DNA of 64,000 nt from Yuukianura sp. NJ FZ-2021 (taxonomy: Eukaryota), in contig CM102287.1 of assembly GCA_046563655.1 (NCBI GenBank), positions 4,216,001 through 4,280,000 on the forward strand. Direction: 5' to 3'. This document shows, piece by piece, positions 62,201 through 64,000 of the stretch (its first letter is position 1; every line of letters starts with the position of its first letter). The position numbers were made by a program, and so were the translations under genes. Under the pieces are notes generated by a model, which saw nothing but the letters and a program-made list of their open reading frames with translations, was not told where the DNA came from and did not search any database.

Positions 62201-64000
62201 TGCACCAAAAGACTGCACGTCCCTTAAGTACCCCTCGGCCGTGGGTACTTGCATGTTCAACTTGAAGTGCAAAGAAAAACTTGGAATTGTCATCGGAGCC
62301 TGTGTCGATCGTTTTCTGTTTGGAGCTTGCTGTCACTTTCCCGCCACTGAAGAACCAATCACAACTCCCGGTTCCAAAAATGTTTCGGTTTCAACCGAAG
62401 GAGTTTTTCCGACGCCGCAGTTCGACTCATCTCGTCCAGCAGTCGACGCAGAGCCTATCGCTGCTTCTCCAGCGTCTAATTCAGTTCAAGCGTCGTCTTC
62501 ACTACAACTTCCTGACGCTTACAGCCCAAATCCAGATCCTCCAGCACTGCCTTCTACCAATCACAGTCCTGCTCTTCTTCCTGTCACTCTGGAAAGTGTC
62601 CAAGATGGCAGCACTCATCACTCTGTCGGTAACCATGGAAATGTTCATCATCAGCCTCATGTCCATAGCGGACTATTTTTCCCTCTGGAGTATACGACAC
62701 TAACATATGGAGGAGGAGCAGAAAGTGGAGGTGGAGGAGGAGGAGGAGGTGGAGGAGGAGGAAGGGATCCCAGCGTTGTTGAGTATACGACGCTAAACTA
62801 TGGAAATGGAGGAGCAGGGAGGAACCCCAGTGACGAATTCTGGAAGGGAGCCCTTAAACCGCCCTCTTTCGACGGCTGGAAGACTCAGTCCGAAAAAATC
62901 TGGACAAGCGCTGAAGTGACTACTGAAGAACCTACGAGATTGTCAACGTTTATGTACGTGAATGGCCCAGATGGAACCCTGTACGAAACCACCCCAAACC
63001 CCACGCCCGAAACCCCACCGCCCCGAAACCCCGTTCCGGGGTTTCAGCAGTCAGGATATCCTGACCCCTGGAAAAGTTCAGAAGTTCTGACCTCCGATAC
63101 AGACAAACCCCTTTGGAACAGTCAAACTTCGCCGACTGATGACCCCTTGACAACACAAGACCCGAACCCCACGGGGTCTGAACCCCTTTGGTCCATTGTT
63201 CATCAGTTAGTTCCGTACCCCCCGTCACCCCAAACCCCACCACCCGAACTCCCGCTCAATTCAGACGAACTCTACACGGTTCTCAGTGCTTCGGAACCAG
63301 TCGGATCCCTAATGGAAAACCGAATTCAAGTCATCCCGCCCCCAGAAAATCGTCCGCCTCCAGAAATTCTCCCGCCTGTAAAAAATCGTCTCCCCACAGA
63401 AATTCTCCCTCCCGTAGAAAATCGTCTGCCTCCAGAAAATCTTCCACTTTCACCCTGGAAGCTAAGTACAGAGAGCAGTGTAAGTGAAACGCTGAAACCC
63501 ACGACGCAGCCCCCTCCACGCATGCCTACAAGCAGACCTTGGGCATCCTCTACTTACCAAATCCATACTTTCAAGTATCCAGCATTGCCATTAGACACAA
63601 CTCCGTCTCCTGGAATTGGTGGTCTCGTGACATGGCATGGAGCTGCAGAAGAGCCAGCTACAAAGGAATCAACGCAGCAGAGTACCACATCTACTACGAC
63701 TGCGCAGACTCAGAAGATTGTAACTGCCCAAATAGAAAAAGTTACAATTCCGCAGACACAGAAAGTTTCAACTGCACAAATCGAGAAAATTACAACAGCG
63801 CAGACACAAACTACACCGATGACGATTCCGTCAAAATTCCAGCCAATTTCCAGCTCAATCCAAAATGTCGCTTCGACTCCGACATTTTTGAAAACAACGG
63901 CAAAACCAGTGGCGGAAATTACAAAACCGCCAACATCAACAACTACAAGTACAACAACGACAACAACCAAAAAGCCCACGACCACTTCGGCCACAACAAC
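59298..64000 (+). CDS. Second Stubble/filzig-family protease, 5' part (anchor/signal, disulfide knot, Ser/Thr/Pro stalk); continues beyond the window
   Basis: Exon 59298-59409 has the hydrophobic segment AAVLVLISSLLSA. It splices in phase to an exon starting at 62179 that encodes DCTSLKYPSAVGTCMFNLKCKEKLGIVIGACVDRFLFGACC and a T/P-rich stalk open to 64000. The protease domain itself is not in the window. Confidence 0.8.

Overview
AT-rich eukaryotic genomic DNA with short GT-AG introns. Gene content points to an arthropod, possibly a hexapod such as a springtail (inference, not verifiable here). Reading exons by hand gives 14 protein-coding genes. In order: the 3' half of frazzled/neogenin; three minus-strand chitin-binding type-2 (CBM14) genes with a PTB-domain gene among them; an 8-exon orphan coiled-coil gene; NDUFA8; a G(f)/Gs-like G-alpha; sulfide:quinone oxidoreductase; two tandem 8-Cys Ly6-like genes; a very long (about 2,149 aa) Notopleural-like serine protease; an intronless orphan ORF; and the 5' part of a second Stubble/filzig-family protease. 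There is also one tRNA-Leu(TAA) and four MITEs with clear TIRs and TSDs (two hAT-type, two Mutator-type). The most unusual signals are: (i) at least 11 exact copies of the nuclear-receptor DR1 13-mer AGGTCAAAGGTCA, in introns, UTRs and even coding exons; (ii) short introns each dominated by its own palindromic word; (iii) a modular repeat stalk of about 1,800 aa in the protease; and (iv) a compositionally distinct block of about 6 kb carrying the orphan gene behind a T-box/GATA repeat array. No prokaryotic-type system is present. Family calls come from recalled motifs, not database searches.
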